From an uncultured Anaerolineales bacterium (GTDB taxonomy: Bacteria > Chloroflexota > Anaerolineae > B4-G1), in contig CAYMWP010000003.1 of NCBI GenBank assembly GCA_964393895.1, positions 18,351 to 82,350 of the forward strand: a DNA stretch of 64,000 nucleotides, in the 5' to 3' direction. The translations under genes were made by a program, and so were the position numbers. Below, piece by piece: positions 1 through 10,700 of the stretch (position 1 is its first letter; each line of letters opens with the position of its first letter). The notes beneath the pieces are model-generated. The model searched no databases. It was not told the DNA's origin and saw only the letters and a list, made by a program, of their open reading frames with translations.

Positions 1-326
1 TCGTTCCTATCCAGACTGAATACTACGCCGCCCACACGCTGCTCTACTTTATCAGGCTGGTGCAGCGCGTGCGAGAAAAGACCAACCCGCGCCTGCAATA
101 TCGCGTGTTGGTGACGATGTACGACCGGCGCAACAAGATCTACCGGGTCATATTGGACCAGATGCAGCGTGGGCTGAGCAAGGTGCTCTTCAAGACGATT
201 ATCGAGGTAGATACCAAGTTGCGGGAAAGCCCGGTGTTTGGCCAGCCGATCACGCTCTACGCGCCGCGCACTCGTGGCGCCATGCAGTACCGCGCTCTGG
301 CCGAGGAGCTGATAAACTATGAGTGA
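1..326 (+). CDS. ParA/Soj-family partition ATPase, C-terminal part (5' end outside window)
   Basis: The frame is open from the window edge. Translation VPIQTEYYAAHTLLYFIRLVQRVREKTNPRLQYRVLVTMYDRRN... resembles the C-terminal half of ParA/Soj ATPases. The stop overlaps the next start by 8 nt. Confidence 0.7.
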   Translation, partial: VPIQTEYYAAHTLLYFIRLVQRVREKTNPRLQYRVLVTMYDRRNKIYRVILDQMQRGLSKVLFKTIIEVDTKLRESPVFGQPITLYAPRTRGAMQYRALAEELINYE

Positions 327-2052
327 TAATGACCTCAGAGATCATCTCAGTGGATTGTTCTCCGACATCGTTCCCGAACCGGATTTGGAGACGGAGGCTG
401 AGGCTGAGGAGGAGGAATTCCTCCCGCTAGAGGAAAGGGTCGTTTTCGGCCTCCTCGAAGATGATGTTGCCTTTGCCGCACCTGAGCGAACGGCGGCGGA
501 ACCAGCGCTATCGGCCCCGGTCGGGCCGGAAGGGAGCGGAGTAGAGGTAGACGTCTCCTCGAGGCGCGTGAAGAGAAGCGCAGCGACTCCTTCCTGGAGG
601 ATAACGCTGGGGAAACGGAGCATCAGTATTCTCAGCCTCCTGCTGTACGGAGTGCTTATTCTCGGAGGCGCCCCTCTCGTTTTCTTACTGGTCCGCTTCA
701 TTTGGCAGGGAGAGGTGGCCTGGTCGAGTTTGCCTTTCTGTCTCACGTTCTATACGCTGGCTGTCGTGGTAACGCTGGTACAATGGTTTTTTAATTCTTC
801 CCTGTCGAAAACTGCCCAGGAGGTAGAGGAGCGGCTCGGCGAGGCGCTGCGCTTGCGGACGTTTCTCGAGGGTCGGGTGCAGGAGATAGCCACCGCCAAC
901 GCTTCGTTGCAGAGACGGGTCTTGCAACTCCAGGCCGGAACCGAGATTTCCCGCTCGGTCATTGCGATACTGGAACTAGACAGATTGCTGCCAGAGACGG
1001 TCAGCTTGATCCGTGACCGCTTTGATCTCTATCACGTTGGCCTCTTTTTGATTGACCAGGCCGTCGAGAGCGCCGATGGGATGTGGGCAGTATTGCAGGC
1101 GGGTACGGGTGAGGTGGGCTTCCAGATGTTGGCGCAGGGCCATAGGTTTGCGGTAAACGACGAGTCGCTGGTGGGGCGTTGCATCCTCGACGCTCGGGCC
1201 CGTATCGCTCTGGATAACGCTGCGGCGCACGATTGGCTGCGGTACGAGGACGAGTCGCTAGGCCCAGGTGAAGAGGCCCTACATCCTGGCGGCGCGATAG
1301 ACGCCGTCGAGTACAATTCTCTATTGCCGAAAACGCGCTCGCAGATGGTCTTGCCACTGCTTGTTGACGGTCGGGTGATCGGCGCGCTGGACATTCATAG
1401 CACCGAGCGTGAGGCGTTCTCCAAAAGAGATATTCCCGCGTTTCAAGCGCTGGCCGATTACGTGGCGGCGGCCATCGGCAACGCGCGGGTATTTGCAGAG
1501 ACCCGATCTCGCCTGGAGGAACTCGTCCAGAGTAGTATCCGTGAACAGCGATCCAGGCTGGCACCTTCTCGCTCTGTTCCGTTGTACGAGCGCGTGCGAT
1601 CGGGCGTGCGGCCGTTTGGCGACGTCGTGCCGCCCGAAATCGAGCATGCGGTGACCGAGCGAGAGGCAGTGGTACGGTCCGACGTGAGCGCCGGCGGCCG
1701 AGAGTCCACACTGGTGGTGCCGGTTGCGTTGCGTGACCAGGTGTTCGGCGCGTTGGGGTTGCAGGAGGTGGAAACCGGGCGGCAGTGGACGGACGACGAG
1801 GTCGCTCTCATCGAGGCCGTGGCTACCCAGATGGCGCTGGCTATCGAGAACGCCCGCTTGTTAGAGGGCACCCGGCGGCGTGCCGAGCGGGAGCGCCTCA
1901 CCTCCGACATCACCGCCCAGGTCCGAGCTTCGACCGACGTGGACACCATCCTGCGCACGGCGATCCGGGAACTAGGGCAGGCGTTGCGCGCGTCTGATGG
2001 AGCGATTCGGCTGGGCGGCGGTGATGCCGGCTCTCTGCTATCTGAAGAGTGA
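319..2052 (+). CDS. Membrane-anchored GAF-GAF sensor protein with no output domain
   Basis: 577 aa ORF with an acidic N-terminus and two hydrophobic helices (ISILSLLLYGVLILGG..., LPFCLTFYTLAVVVTLV). Two GAF-type modules end in IGNARVF and IENARLL, followed by a conserved about 50 aa C-terminal tail. Confidence 0.8.
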   Translation: MSDNDLRDHLSGLFSDIVPEPDLETEAEAEEEEFLPLEERVVFGLLEDDVAFAAPERTAAEPALSAPVGPEGSGVEVDVSSRRVKRSAATPSWRITLGKRSISILSLLLYGVLILGGAPLVFLLVRFIWQGEVAWSSLPFCLTFYTLAVVVTLVQWFFNSSLSKTAQEVEERLGEALRLRTFLEGRVQEIATANASLQRRVLQLQAGTEISRSVIAILELDRLLPETVSLIRDRFDLYHVGLFLIDQAVESADGMWAVLQAGTGEVGFQMLAQGHRFAVNDESLVGRCILDARARIALDNAAAHDWLRYEDESLGPGEEALHPGGAIDAVEYNSLLPKTRSQMVLPLLVDGRVIGALDIHSTEREAFSKRDIPAFQALADYVAAAIGNARVFAETRSRLEELVQSSIREQRSRLAPSRSVPLYERVRSGVRPFGDVVPPEIEHAVTEREAVVRSDVSAGGRESTLVVPVALRDQVFGALGLQEVETGRQWTDDEVALIEAVATQMALAIENARLLEGTRRRAERERLTSDITAQVRASTDVDTILRTAIRELGQALRASDGAIRLGGGDAGSLLSEE

Positions 2053-2073
2053 CCGTGAAAGGACGCGGCAAAG

Positions 2074-4554
2074 ATGGCGCACATGAACAGAGATACAATG
2101 TCTGAAGAGATACACCAGCCAGTGGTCAGGCGGAGTATTAGAACGCGGCTCGTGGTGCTGCTGTTAGGTTTAGCCACGGTGTCGGTGTTGACCGTCGGTT
2201 ACTTGGGCGTTGACTCGGTACAGGACGTGGGTGAAAGCGCGCAGCGGATCAGCGCGGGGGCATTGCGTTCTCAGGCGGAAGAGTATTTGCGCCAGGTGGT
2301 CGTCGGTGATGCGCGGAGGAACGATCTCATATTGAAGCGGATACAAGGAGATGCCGCCAACCTGGCCCAGTACGCCGCAGGAATCTTTGGACAGCCCGAC
2401 GCTTTCACCAGCGGCGCCTATTGGCGGGCCGAGGACCACATGTTCGTTGGTCCCGATGGCCAGTATATGAACGACGAGACTGGCGCGAGCAGCGTCTTTG
2501 TCCCCGATTTCGCGGACGTGGACGAGGAGCTGCAATCGCTTCTGGAGTTGAGCGCCTACCTGGATTTCGTCTTTGCCCCGACCTACGAGAATGACGCCAA
2601 CACGGTGGCGATCTATCTGGGGATGGAGCGAGAAGTGACCCGCTATTACCCCAACGTCAATCTGGGTACTCTCATTCCGCCGGACTTTCAAATCACCCAG
2701 CGCCCCTGGTACGTCTCTGTCGTCCCGGAGAGCAATCCCGAGCGGGCGGTGGTGTGGTCGCCCGTCTACGTGGATGCCACCGGCCAGGGCCTGATGGTCA
2801 CAGCCGCCGCTCCCGTATACGCCGGCGGGGACGAATTCGTGGGAGCTATTGGCATTGACGTCACCCTCGGCGACATCAGCGTCAGCATCGAAGAGACGCG
2901 GTTGCTTGGCAGCGGCTACTCCTTTTTGCTCGACGAGACAGGGCACGCCATTGTCCTGCCAGAAAGAGGGTATCGAGACATCCTGGGACGTGATCCCGAG
3001 CTCGACGAGGTGTGGGCCGATCTGAGTGGAGTGACGACAGAGTTCGCCCCTGTGCTGGAAGCAATGATGGCCGGCTCGGTTGGCTTTGACACTCTGGAGG
3101 TAGGTGGAACGGAATTGTTAGTCGCTTATGCCCCGTTGGAGAGCACGGGGTGGAGCCTGGCCAACGTCGTTGACGCCGAAGCGGTTCTTCAGACTGTGGG
3201 TACGTTGCAGACCGAGCTGGAAGCTTCATCCAAATCACTGGTGCTGGCGCGCATCTTGCCCCTTGGTGGAGGTATCCTCGCCGTAGCGACCCTGGTTGGC
3301 CTTTTCTTCACCGTCCGGCTGGTTGACCCCATCAAAAAACTGGCGACAGCCGCTGTGCGGGTTGGGGCCGGGGAGTGGGATGTTGCGCTTCCACCGGCGG
3401 GGGATGACGAGATCGGCGCGCTGGCTCGAGTGTTCGGGATGATGGTCGCCCAGATACAGGAATTGGTTTCAGGTCTGGAACAGCGTGTGGCCGAGCGCAC
3501 GCGCACCCTGGAGCGCCGCGCTACTCAGATGGAGGCCGCGGCCCTGGTAGCCCGAGATGCTGCCGAGATCCGTGACGTGAACCAATTGCTCGACGAGACG
3601 GTACGGCTTATTTCTGAACATTTCGGCTTTTACCACGCCGGCATCTTTTTGCTGGATGACCAGGGGGAGTACGCGGTGCTGCAGGCTGCCTCGTCTAGGG
3701 GCGGGCAGCGCATGCTGGCGCGGGCGCACAAGCTAAAAGTGGGCGAGGTGGGCATCGTGGGATATGCGGCGGGGACGGGGAACCCTCGCATTGCGCTGGA
3801 CGTGGGGGCCGACGCCGTCTTTTTCGACAATCCCGATTTGCCCGAAACTCGCTCAGAGATGGCGCTGCCGCTAAAGGTACGAGAGCGAGTGATCGGGGTG
3901 TTGGACGTGCAATCCACGGAAGGCGCGGCCTTTTCCAACGAGGACGTGGCAACCCTCCAGATCATGGCCGACCAGGTGGCGCTGGCCATCGAGAGTGCTC
4001 GTTTGTTGGACGAGAGCCGGTCGGCGCTGCGAGAATTGGAATCTCTCTATGGACGAAGGACGCGCGAGTCCTGGCAAGAGCGTGTAAGTGCCTATCGTTA
4101 CACCGGTGTGAGAGTGGAGCAAGTCCCGTCGTTATCTCTCCCAGAGCTGGAGGACTCACTCTCCCGCCAGCAGCCGGCCGTCGTGCGTGAGGTTGACGGT
4201 CCCCGCTTGGTCGCCCCCATTCGCTTACGTGGGCAGGTTATTGGCTCCATCCTCCTGCGCCAGGAGCCTGACCAGGCCCCCTGGTCGTCGGATGAGCTGG
4301 CGTTGATTGACGAGGTCAGCACGCAGATCGGGCTGGCGCTGGAAAACGCCCGCTTGCTGGAGGAGACGCAGAAACGAGCAGAGCAAGAGCAAATGCTGGG
4401 CGAAATGACCGCCCGCTTTACTCGCTCCCTCGACGTGGATGGGTTGCTACGAGCCGCCGTGCGCGAACTGGGGCGCTTGCTGCCGGTCGAAGAGGTGTCG
4501 GTTCACGTGATCCCTCCCGAAGAGACTCGCTCGGCGCCAGCGGACGAGGAATGA
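2074..4554 (+). CDS. dCache-HAMP-GAF-GAF sensor protein with no output domain
   Basis: 826 aa. N-terminal TM helix, a periplasmic Cache-like region with an RPWY motif, a second TM helix, and a HAMP-like segment (DPIKKLATAAVRVGAGEWD...DEIGALARVF). Two GAF modules end in IESARLL and LENARLL, then the conserved tail. Confidence 0.85.
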   Translation: MAHMNRDTMSEEIHQPVVRRSIRTRLVVLLLGLATVSVLTVGYLGVDSVQDVGESAQRISAGALRSQAEEYLRQVVVGDARRNDLILKRIQGDAANLAQYAAGIFGQPDAFTSGAYWRAEDHMFVGPDGQYMNDETGASSVFVPDFADVDEELQSLLELSAYLDFVFAPTYENDANTVAIYLGMEREVTRYYPNVNLGTLIPPDFQITQRPWYVSVVPESNPERAVVWSPVYVDATGQGLMVTAAAPVYAGGDEFVGAIGIDVTLGDISVSIEETRLLGSGYSFLLDETGHAIVLPERGYRDILGRDPELDEVWADLSGVTTEFAPVLEAMMAGSVGFDTLEVGGTELLVAYAPLESTGWSLANVVDAEAVLQTVGTLQTELEASSKSLVLARILPLGGGILAVATLVGLFFTVRLVDPIKKLATAAVRVGAGEWDVALPPAGDDEIGALARVFGMMVAQIQELVSGLEQRVAERTRTLERRATQMEAAALVARDAAEIRDVNQLLDETVRLISEHFGFYHAGIFLLDDQGEYAVLQAASSRGGQRMLARAHKLKVGEVGIVGYAAGTGNPRIALDVGADAVFFDNPDLPETRSEMALPLKVRERVIGVLDVQSTEGAAFSNEDVATLQIMADQVALAIESARLLDESRSALRELESLYGRRTRESWQERVSAYRYTGVRVEQVPSLSLPELEDSLSRQQPAVVREVDGPRLVAPIRLRGQVIGSILLRQEPDQAPWSSDELALIDEVSTQIGLALENARLLEETQKRAEQEQMLGEMTARFTRSLDVDGLLRAAVRELGRLLPVEEVSVHVIPPEETRSAPADEE

Positions 4555-4560
4555 GGAGGA

Positions 4561-6690
4561 TTGATGACGATGCAGTGGCAATACAACCACTACGTGTTAG
4601 CCTTGGTCATAGTTGCGGCTATGTCGGCTGCCATTGCGTTCTTTGCCTGGAGACGCCGCCCGGCCTCCGGCGCTGCAGCGTTAACCTGGCTCATGCTGGC
4701 TGGGAGCGAGTGGGCACTGGTGTACGCGGTGGAAATGGCGAGTCTGAATCCGCCGATCAAGGTTTTGCTGTCTCAGGTGATGTACATTGGCGTTGTCAGC
4801 GTGCCAACGATGTGGTTCATCCTTACGGTGCAATACACCGGCCGGAAAAGATGGCTGACGCGCCGCAACCTGGTTCTCTTGATGATTATGCCGTTATGTA
4901 CACTGCTGCTTGTCTGGACTAGTGGTGTGAACGATGGACACGGTTTGATCTGGCGCGAAATCGAGATTGATACCAGCGTCTCGCCGGCGATTTGGGACTT
5001 GACTCATGGCGTGTTTTTCTGGGTTTATCTAGCGTATAGCTACTTGTTGGTTCTGTCCGGTTCACTCCTCGTTTTCCAGTCGCTCATCCGTTCGCCCAAG
5101 CTGTATCGCGGACAGGCCGTCGCGTTGTTGATTGCTGCGCTAACGCCGTTGGCGGGGAATGTGTTGTACGTCTCTGGCCTCGTCCCGTTTCCGGGCCTGG
5201 ACATCACGCCCTTTGCCTTTGCCTTGACCGGCTTGGCGATGGCCTGGGCTTTGTTTTACTTCCGGCTGTTGGACGTTGTGCCGGTGGCGCGCGAGGCCGT
5301 CATCGCAGGTTTGGCCGATGGCGTGATCGTGTTGGACGCGCAGGACCGTATCGTGGACCTCAATCCGGCCGCGGCACAAATCATCGGCCACCCGGTCGCA
5401 GAGGTCATCGGACAATCGGCCGGACACGTGTTGTTGGGTTGGGGCGACGAGGTCGGACGCTATAGTGATGTGACAGAGACGCGGGAAGAGATCGTTTTGG
5501 GTACAGGCGAGATGCAGCGCACTTTTGACTTGCGCATCTCTCCCCTGTCTGATAGGTACGGACAACTCACCGGCCGGCTGGTCTTTTTGCACGACATCAC
5601 TGAGCGCAGACGAATTGAGGAGGTGCTGCGACGCCGGGCCGTGCAACTTCAGGCGGCGTCAGAGGTGGCCCGCGACGCCGCTGCCGTGAGCGAGTTGGAC
5701 GAATTGTTGTCCCGAACCGTCAACCTGATACGCGAGCGCTTTGGATTCTACCACGTCTCCATTTTCCTGGTGGACGAGCGGGGCGAGTACGCCGTGTTGC
5801 GGGCGGCGACTGGCGAGATCGGCCGCCAGATGCTGGAGCAAGGGTATCGCTTGAAGGTGGGCCAGGAGGGCAGCGTTGGCTACGTCGCTGCGGTGGGTCT
5901 ATCTCGCATCGCCCTTGACGTGGGCGCCGGCGCGACCCGTTTCGACGATCCGTTCCTGCCAGAGACCCGTTCAGAGATGACGTTGCCGCTGCGTGTGGGC
6001 AAGGACACCGTCGGCGCCTTGGACGTGCGGAGCCGGGAGGCGGAGGCGTTCGACGAGAACGATGTGACCGTCTTGCAGACGATGGCTGACCAGTTGGCAG
6101 TCGCCATTCAGAACGCGCGCCTGCTCGGCGAGATGCAGCACATGTTGCACGAACTCCAGGTGGCCTCCGGCCGCCACACCCGGGAAATGTGGCAGGCCGA
6201 ACGGCCCAGAGGGTATCGCTATCGGGGATTGGGCGTTGAGCAACTCGCCGAGCGCCCCCCTGAGGTTGACCAGGCGTGGCAGTGCGGACGACCCGTAACC
6301 ACTCCCCGGCCTGCAGCGGAAGGCGACGGGGGAGACGCTATCGGCAGCCTGGCCGTGCCTCTGAAGCTGCGCGATCAGGTGCTGGGCGTGCTCAACCTGC
6401 GCTTTAGGGACGAGGCTACTTCGCCCGAGATGGCCTCGCTGGTCGAAGAGTTGGCCGACCGGCTGGCGCTGGCCCTGGAAAGCGCCCGCCTGTTCGAAGA
6501 GACCCAGTCCCGCGCCCGGCGCGAGGAAACCATCCGCCAAATCACCGAGCAGATGCGTCGCGCCGTGGACGTGGAGACTATTTTGCAGACCACCATCGCC
6601 CGCTTGGGAGACGCCCTGGGCGCCCCCCGCGTATACGTCCGCTTGGGTACCGATGTCGAAGAGTTGCCCAACGACGATAGAGCGAGTTGA
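4561..6690 (+). CDS. 7TM (histidine-kinase N-terminal 7TM-like)-PAS-GAF-GAF sensor protein with no output domain
   Basis: 709 aa. Multiple N-terminal hydrophobic helices, a PAS-like segment (ADGVIVLDAQDRIVDLNPAAAQIIG), GAF modules ending in IQNARLL and LESARLF, then the conserved tail. Confidence 0.85.
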   Translation: MMTMQWQYNHYVLALVIVAAMSAAIAFFAWRRRPASGAAALTWLMLAGSEWALVYAVEMASLNPPIKVLLSQVMYIGVVSVPTMWFILTVQYTGRKRWLTRRNLVLLMIMPLCTLLLVWTSGVNDGHGLIWREIEIDTSVSPAIWDLTHGVFFWVYLAYSYLLVLSGSLLVFQSLIRSPKLYRGQAVALLIAALTPLAGNVLYVSGLVPFPGLDITPFAFALTGLAMAWALFYFRLLDVVPVAREAVIAGLADGVIVLDAQDRIVDLNPAAAQIIGHPVAEVIGQSAGHVLLGWGDEVGRYSDVTETREEIVLGTGEMQRTFDLRISPLSDRYGQLTGRLVFLHDITERRRIEEVLRRRAVQLQAASEVARDAAAVSELDELLSRTVNLIRERFGFYHVSIFLVDERGEYAVLRAATGEIGRQMLEQGYRLKVGQEGSVGYVAAVGLSRIALDVGAGATRFDDPFLPETRSEMTLPLRVGKDTVGALDVRSREAEAFDENDVTVLQTMADQLAVAIQNARLLGEMQHMLHELQVASGRHTREMWQAERPRGYRYRGLGVEQLAERPPEVDQAWQCGRPVTTPRPAAEGDGGDAIGSLAVPLKLRDQVLGVLNLRFRDEATSPEMASLVEELADRLALALESARLFEETQSRARREETIRQITEQMRRAVDVETILQTTIARLGDALGAPRVYVRLGTDVEELPNDDRAS

Positions 6691-6737
6691 GAAATGGCAT
6701 ACGGCTCAACAGATACGTCGAGTTATTGATCGAGGAA

Positions 6738-7766
6738 ATGACGATGAGTGAGACTTCTCTCGAAGAATACAAACGGCTGCTGGAAAAACAGGGACGGGCG
6801 TTGGTGCAAGTCATCCAATCCGTGGCCCTGGGAGACCTGGACGTAGAGGTCGAGATTCCGGAGGGAATTCAGATGCTCTCCGAGTTGGCCGCCGGGTTAG
6901 AGATGATGATTGACCGTCTGCGGAAGGAGAAGGCTGAGCAAGAGCGGGCAGCGGAGGGCCAGCGTAAAGCGTTGGCTGAGGCGTTGCAGACGACGCGCGA
7001 GCTGACCGAGGAGCGGGATGAGACCCGGAGGCGACTGGAAGAACAAACCGCTCTGCGGGAAGCGGGCCTCATCCTCACCTCTGCACTGGATCAGAGCACC
7101 GTGTTGACCCGCCTTGCCGAGCAGGTATGTCGGGCGGTAGATGGCACCAGCACCTACATTTCGTCCTACGATCCAGAGACGACGGCCGGCGTCGTCTTGG
7201 CCGAGTATTACGGCCCGGAAGCTTGTGCCAAAGAGCGCGTATCCGATCTGGGGGAATCGTATGGCGTCGAGGAAAGCGTCGCTCTCGTCAACGCCGGCGT
7301 TCCTCACCAATATCACGTGGACGACCCTGACCTGGCCGAGTTCGAACGGGCCGCGCTGCGGCAGTATGGAGGCCAATCAGTATTGATCGTTCCCTTGCAG
7401 CTCCGCGCTCGAACCATTGCCTATGTGGAGTTGTGGGATAGCCGAGGACGAAGGGAGTTCACGCCGGAAGAGATCGCCCTGTGCCAGAGCGTCGTGCAGC
7501 AGGCTGCCATGGCTATAGAGAACGCCCGCTTGATCGAGCAGACCCAGGCCCGCGTCCGCCGCGAGCAGGTGTTGCGCGAAATCACCACCCGTGTGCGTAC
7601 CTTCACTGATTCTGATGTCATCCTGCGCGCCGCCGTGCGCGAGCTGGGCGCTGCCTTGGGACGGCCCGCTTTTGTCCTTTTGGGCAGCGCGGAGGAACTG
7701 TCGCCAGTGCTTGCGGAGGTGAACGACGACGACCAGGGGATGGCTTTGCGACAAGGAGACGAGTAG
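6738..7766 (+). CDS. Coiled-coil single-GAF protein
   Basis: The ORF track starts at TTG 6687. ATG 6738 is preceded by GAGGAA and is preferred. One GAF module ends in IENARLI, followed by the conserved tail. The stop lies 1 nt before the next start. Confidence 0.7.
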   Translation: MTMSETSLEEYKRLLEKQGRALVQVIQSVALGDLDVEVEIPEGIQMLSELAAGLEMMIDRLRKEKAEQERAAEGQRKALAEALQTTRELTEERDETRRRLEEQTALREAGLILTSALDQSTVLTRLAEQVCRAVDGTSTYISSYDPETTAGVVLAEYYGPEACAKERVSDLGESYGVEESVALVNAGVPHQYHVDDPDLAEFERAALRQYGGQSVLIVPLQLRARTIAYVELWDSRGRREFTPEEIALCQSVVQQAAMAIENARLIEQTQARVRREQVLREITTRVRTFTDSDVILRAAVRELGAALGRPAFVLLGSAEELSPVLAEVNDDDQGMALRQGDE

Positions 7767-7767
7767 T

Positions 7768-10700
7768 ATGCAAGAACTCGCAGCCAAGATCAGAGACGAC
7801 CTGGATAGGTTGGCGGAGGAGTACGAACGGCTGTTGCTGGAAATTCCCGGCTATCCCGGTATGGCGCAGCAGGCCAGGAGCGAGGCGGCCCGCAATGCCG
7901 TCCAATTGGTCGCCACCGGCCTAGAGGCCGGGGATCAAGATATGTTCGTGCAGTTCGTCCAAGCTGTGGCGGTCGAACGGGCGGCCCAGGGACTTGAAAT
8001 TGACTCCATACAACAGGCGTTGACCGCCCTGGTCGAGGTCGTAGAGCCTCTGCTCGACACTGTCGAGGCCGCCAGTTTTTTGTGGAAAGCGGTGATCCAA
8101 GTTAACACTACGCTCTCCCAGATGGCGATGGAGCGGGCGCGCTCTACCGAGGAGCGCTTCAAATTCCTCGCCGATAACATCACCGTTGGGGTCTTTGTTC
8201 ACCAGGACGGCATCCTGCGCTACGTTGGGCGCGAGGGGGCGCGCATCCTGGGGTACGACGATCCAGCCCAAGTCGTTGGCCGCTCGATCCTCGATTTTGT
8301 GCATCCGAGCGAGCAGAAGCGCATCGCCGACCTGGCCCGTCGCCGCGTCGCCGGCGAGCCGGTTCCAGACCAGTACGAGTCTCGCTTTATCACCAGGGAT
8401 GGCTCCCCTGTGGACGTGCATCTCTACAATACACTCATCGAGTACGAAGGCCGCGTTGCCACGCAGGGAGCGTTCGTAGACATCACCGCGCGCAAAGAGG
8501 CGAACGAGAGGGCTAGACGAGCACAGGAGGCATTACGGGCGATCGTTGACTCTATGCCGTTTGGCGTCATAGTCATCGGTAGAGACAAGATCGTTCGCCG
8601 CGCCAACCAGGCGGCTTTGGAGTTGATAGGGTGTGAATCGCAAGAGCAGATCGTTGGCAAGATCTGCCACGAGACTCTATGTCCGGCCGAAGTGGACAGA
8701 TGCCCCATCCTCGATCTAGGACAGGAACTCGACAGGTCTGAGCGAGTGCTCGTGACCCGAGAGGGGGAGCGTGTTTCCATTCTGAAGAGCGTCGTTCCCG
8801 TGACGCTGGATGGGGAAGAGGCTTTGCTGGAGACTTTTGTAGATATTACCGAGCGCAAGCAGGCCGAGCAGTCTGTTGCCGAGCAGCAAGCTTTCCTGCA
8901 GCGCGTGATTGATGCTGATCCGAACTTTATCTTTGTAAAGGATCGCGAGAGCCGCTTCGTGTTGGTCAATCAGGCCGTGGCCGATGCTTATGGTTCGACC
9001 CCGGAAGAGCTGATCGGAAAATCGGATGCCGATTTCAACCCTAATAGAGAACAAGTCGAAAACTTTCACCGGGACGACCTCAGAGTCATAGACGACCAGC
9101 AGGAGAAATACATTCCCGAGGAACCGATTACCACAGCCTCGGGCAAAGTGCGCTGGCTGCAAACTATCAAGCGTCCCCTAGTAGACGAGGACGGCGTGGC
9201 CCGGCGTTTGCTGGGGGTTTCCACCGACATCACCGAGCGCAAGCGGCTCGAACAAAGGATTCAAGGGTCGTTGGATCGTCGTGGTCGCCAGGTGCAGACC
9301 AGCACCGAGGTGGCCCAGGAGATCGCCGCCGCCACCGAGTTGGAAGAACTGTTCCGCCGTGTGGTCACGTTGATCAAGGAACGCTTCGATTATTATCACG
9401 CCCAGATATTCCGCTACGAGCCGGCGCTGGATGCCGTGTTGTTGGTGGTAGGCTACGGCGAGACCGGCGAGCGGATGCTGGTCGCCGGCCACCGCCTGGA
9501 GCTGGGGCGCGGCGTGGTTGGCACAGCCGCCTTTACCGGTCAATCTGTGTTAGCCTCAGACGTGGCCCAGGACCCCGATTGGGTCCCCAATCCCTTCTTG
9601 CCGGATTCCCAGGGCGAGTTGGCCGTGCCCATCAAGTGGCGCGACGAGGTGTTGGGCATTCTCGATGTGCAGAGCGAGACCGCCGGTGCTTTGACCGAAG
9701 AGGATCAACTCTTGCTCGAAGGGTTGTGTGGGCAGATAGCCATTGCTATCCAAGACACTCGCTTGCGCTTGGAGATGGAGGAGAACCTGCGTGAGCTCGA
9801 ACGACTCACTCGCGCCTCGATCCGCGAGGGGTGGGAAATCTCCCGGCGCGAGAGCGGTGCTGTGGGCTATCGCTTCGACGGGGCCAGCGTCGTCCCAACC
9901 GACGATTCATGGACGCGGGGACCGCAGGCCGGCGGCCGACCAACTGTCGCCACTCCTCTGGCGGTGCGCGGCGAGGTAATCGGCGCGCTGGGCGTGCAGG
10001 ATGACCCGCGCCATCCCCTTTCTCACGAGGACCTGGCGCTGGTCGAATTGGTCGCGGAGCAGGTGGCCCAGGCGTTGGAGAGCGCCCGCCTGTTCGAGCA
10101 GACCCAGGTTGCGTTGGATCAGACCGACGTTCTATACCGCGTTGGCCAGGCGCTCAACGTCGCTGCCAGCTACGATCAAATCGTCGAGGCTTTGAAACTG
10201 CACCCCATCGTCCACCAGGCCAGCCGAGGCGGTATGGGTCTCTTTAACCGTCCGTGGAGCGCCGCCACTGCCGGGAGTCCGTCCGGTGATAGCGTGCCGG
10301 AGTGGGTCGACATGGTCGCCAGTTGGCACGCGCCCGATCAACAGGCCCTCGCTTCCGTCGGTACGCGCTACGAGTTGGAGGCGTTCCCGGTGGCGCGCCA
10401 TTTTCGGCCGGACGAGCCTTTCATCGTCGAAGACATCGCGGACGATCCGCGGCTGGACGATAACATGCGCCAACTCTACCTGGGGCTCTTTCAGGCCCGC
10501 GGAACGATTTTCGTTCCTCTGGTGGCCGGCGAGCAGTGGATTGGCTGGCTCAACGTGCTGATGAACGAACCGGGCGCCTTTCCTGAGGATCAGGTGCGGA
10601 GCCTGATGACTCTGGCTGGACAGGCCGCCGTAGCTTTGCGAAACTTGAGCCACCTGGAGGAGATACGGACCCGCGCCCTTCACGAGCAATCTCTGCGCGA

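Noticed and set aside
1001-1711. Long antisense or alternative-frame ORFs overlapping strong genes. Examples: 1001-1711(-), 1458-2177(-), 14782-15834(-), 25509-26555(+), 32393-33649(+), 38388-39770(+), 40735-41658(+), 44270-45133(+), 47608-48501(+), 48964-50010(-), 53402-54208(+), 54263-55213(+).
   Set aside because: They are Arg/Pro/Gly/Ala-rich, lack recognisable motifs, and lie opposite or out of frame to ORFs with clear domain signatures. This is the typical open-frame artefact of high-GC DNA.
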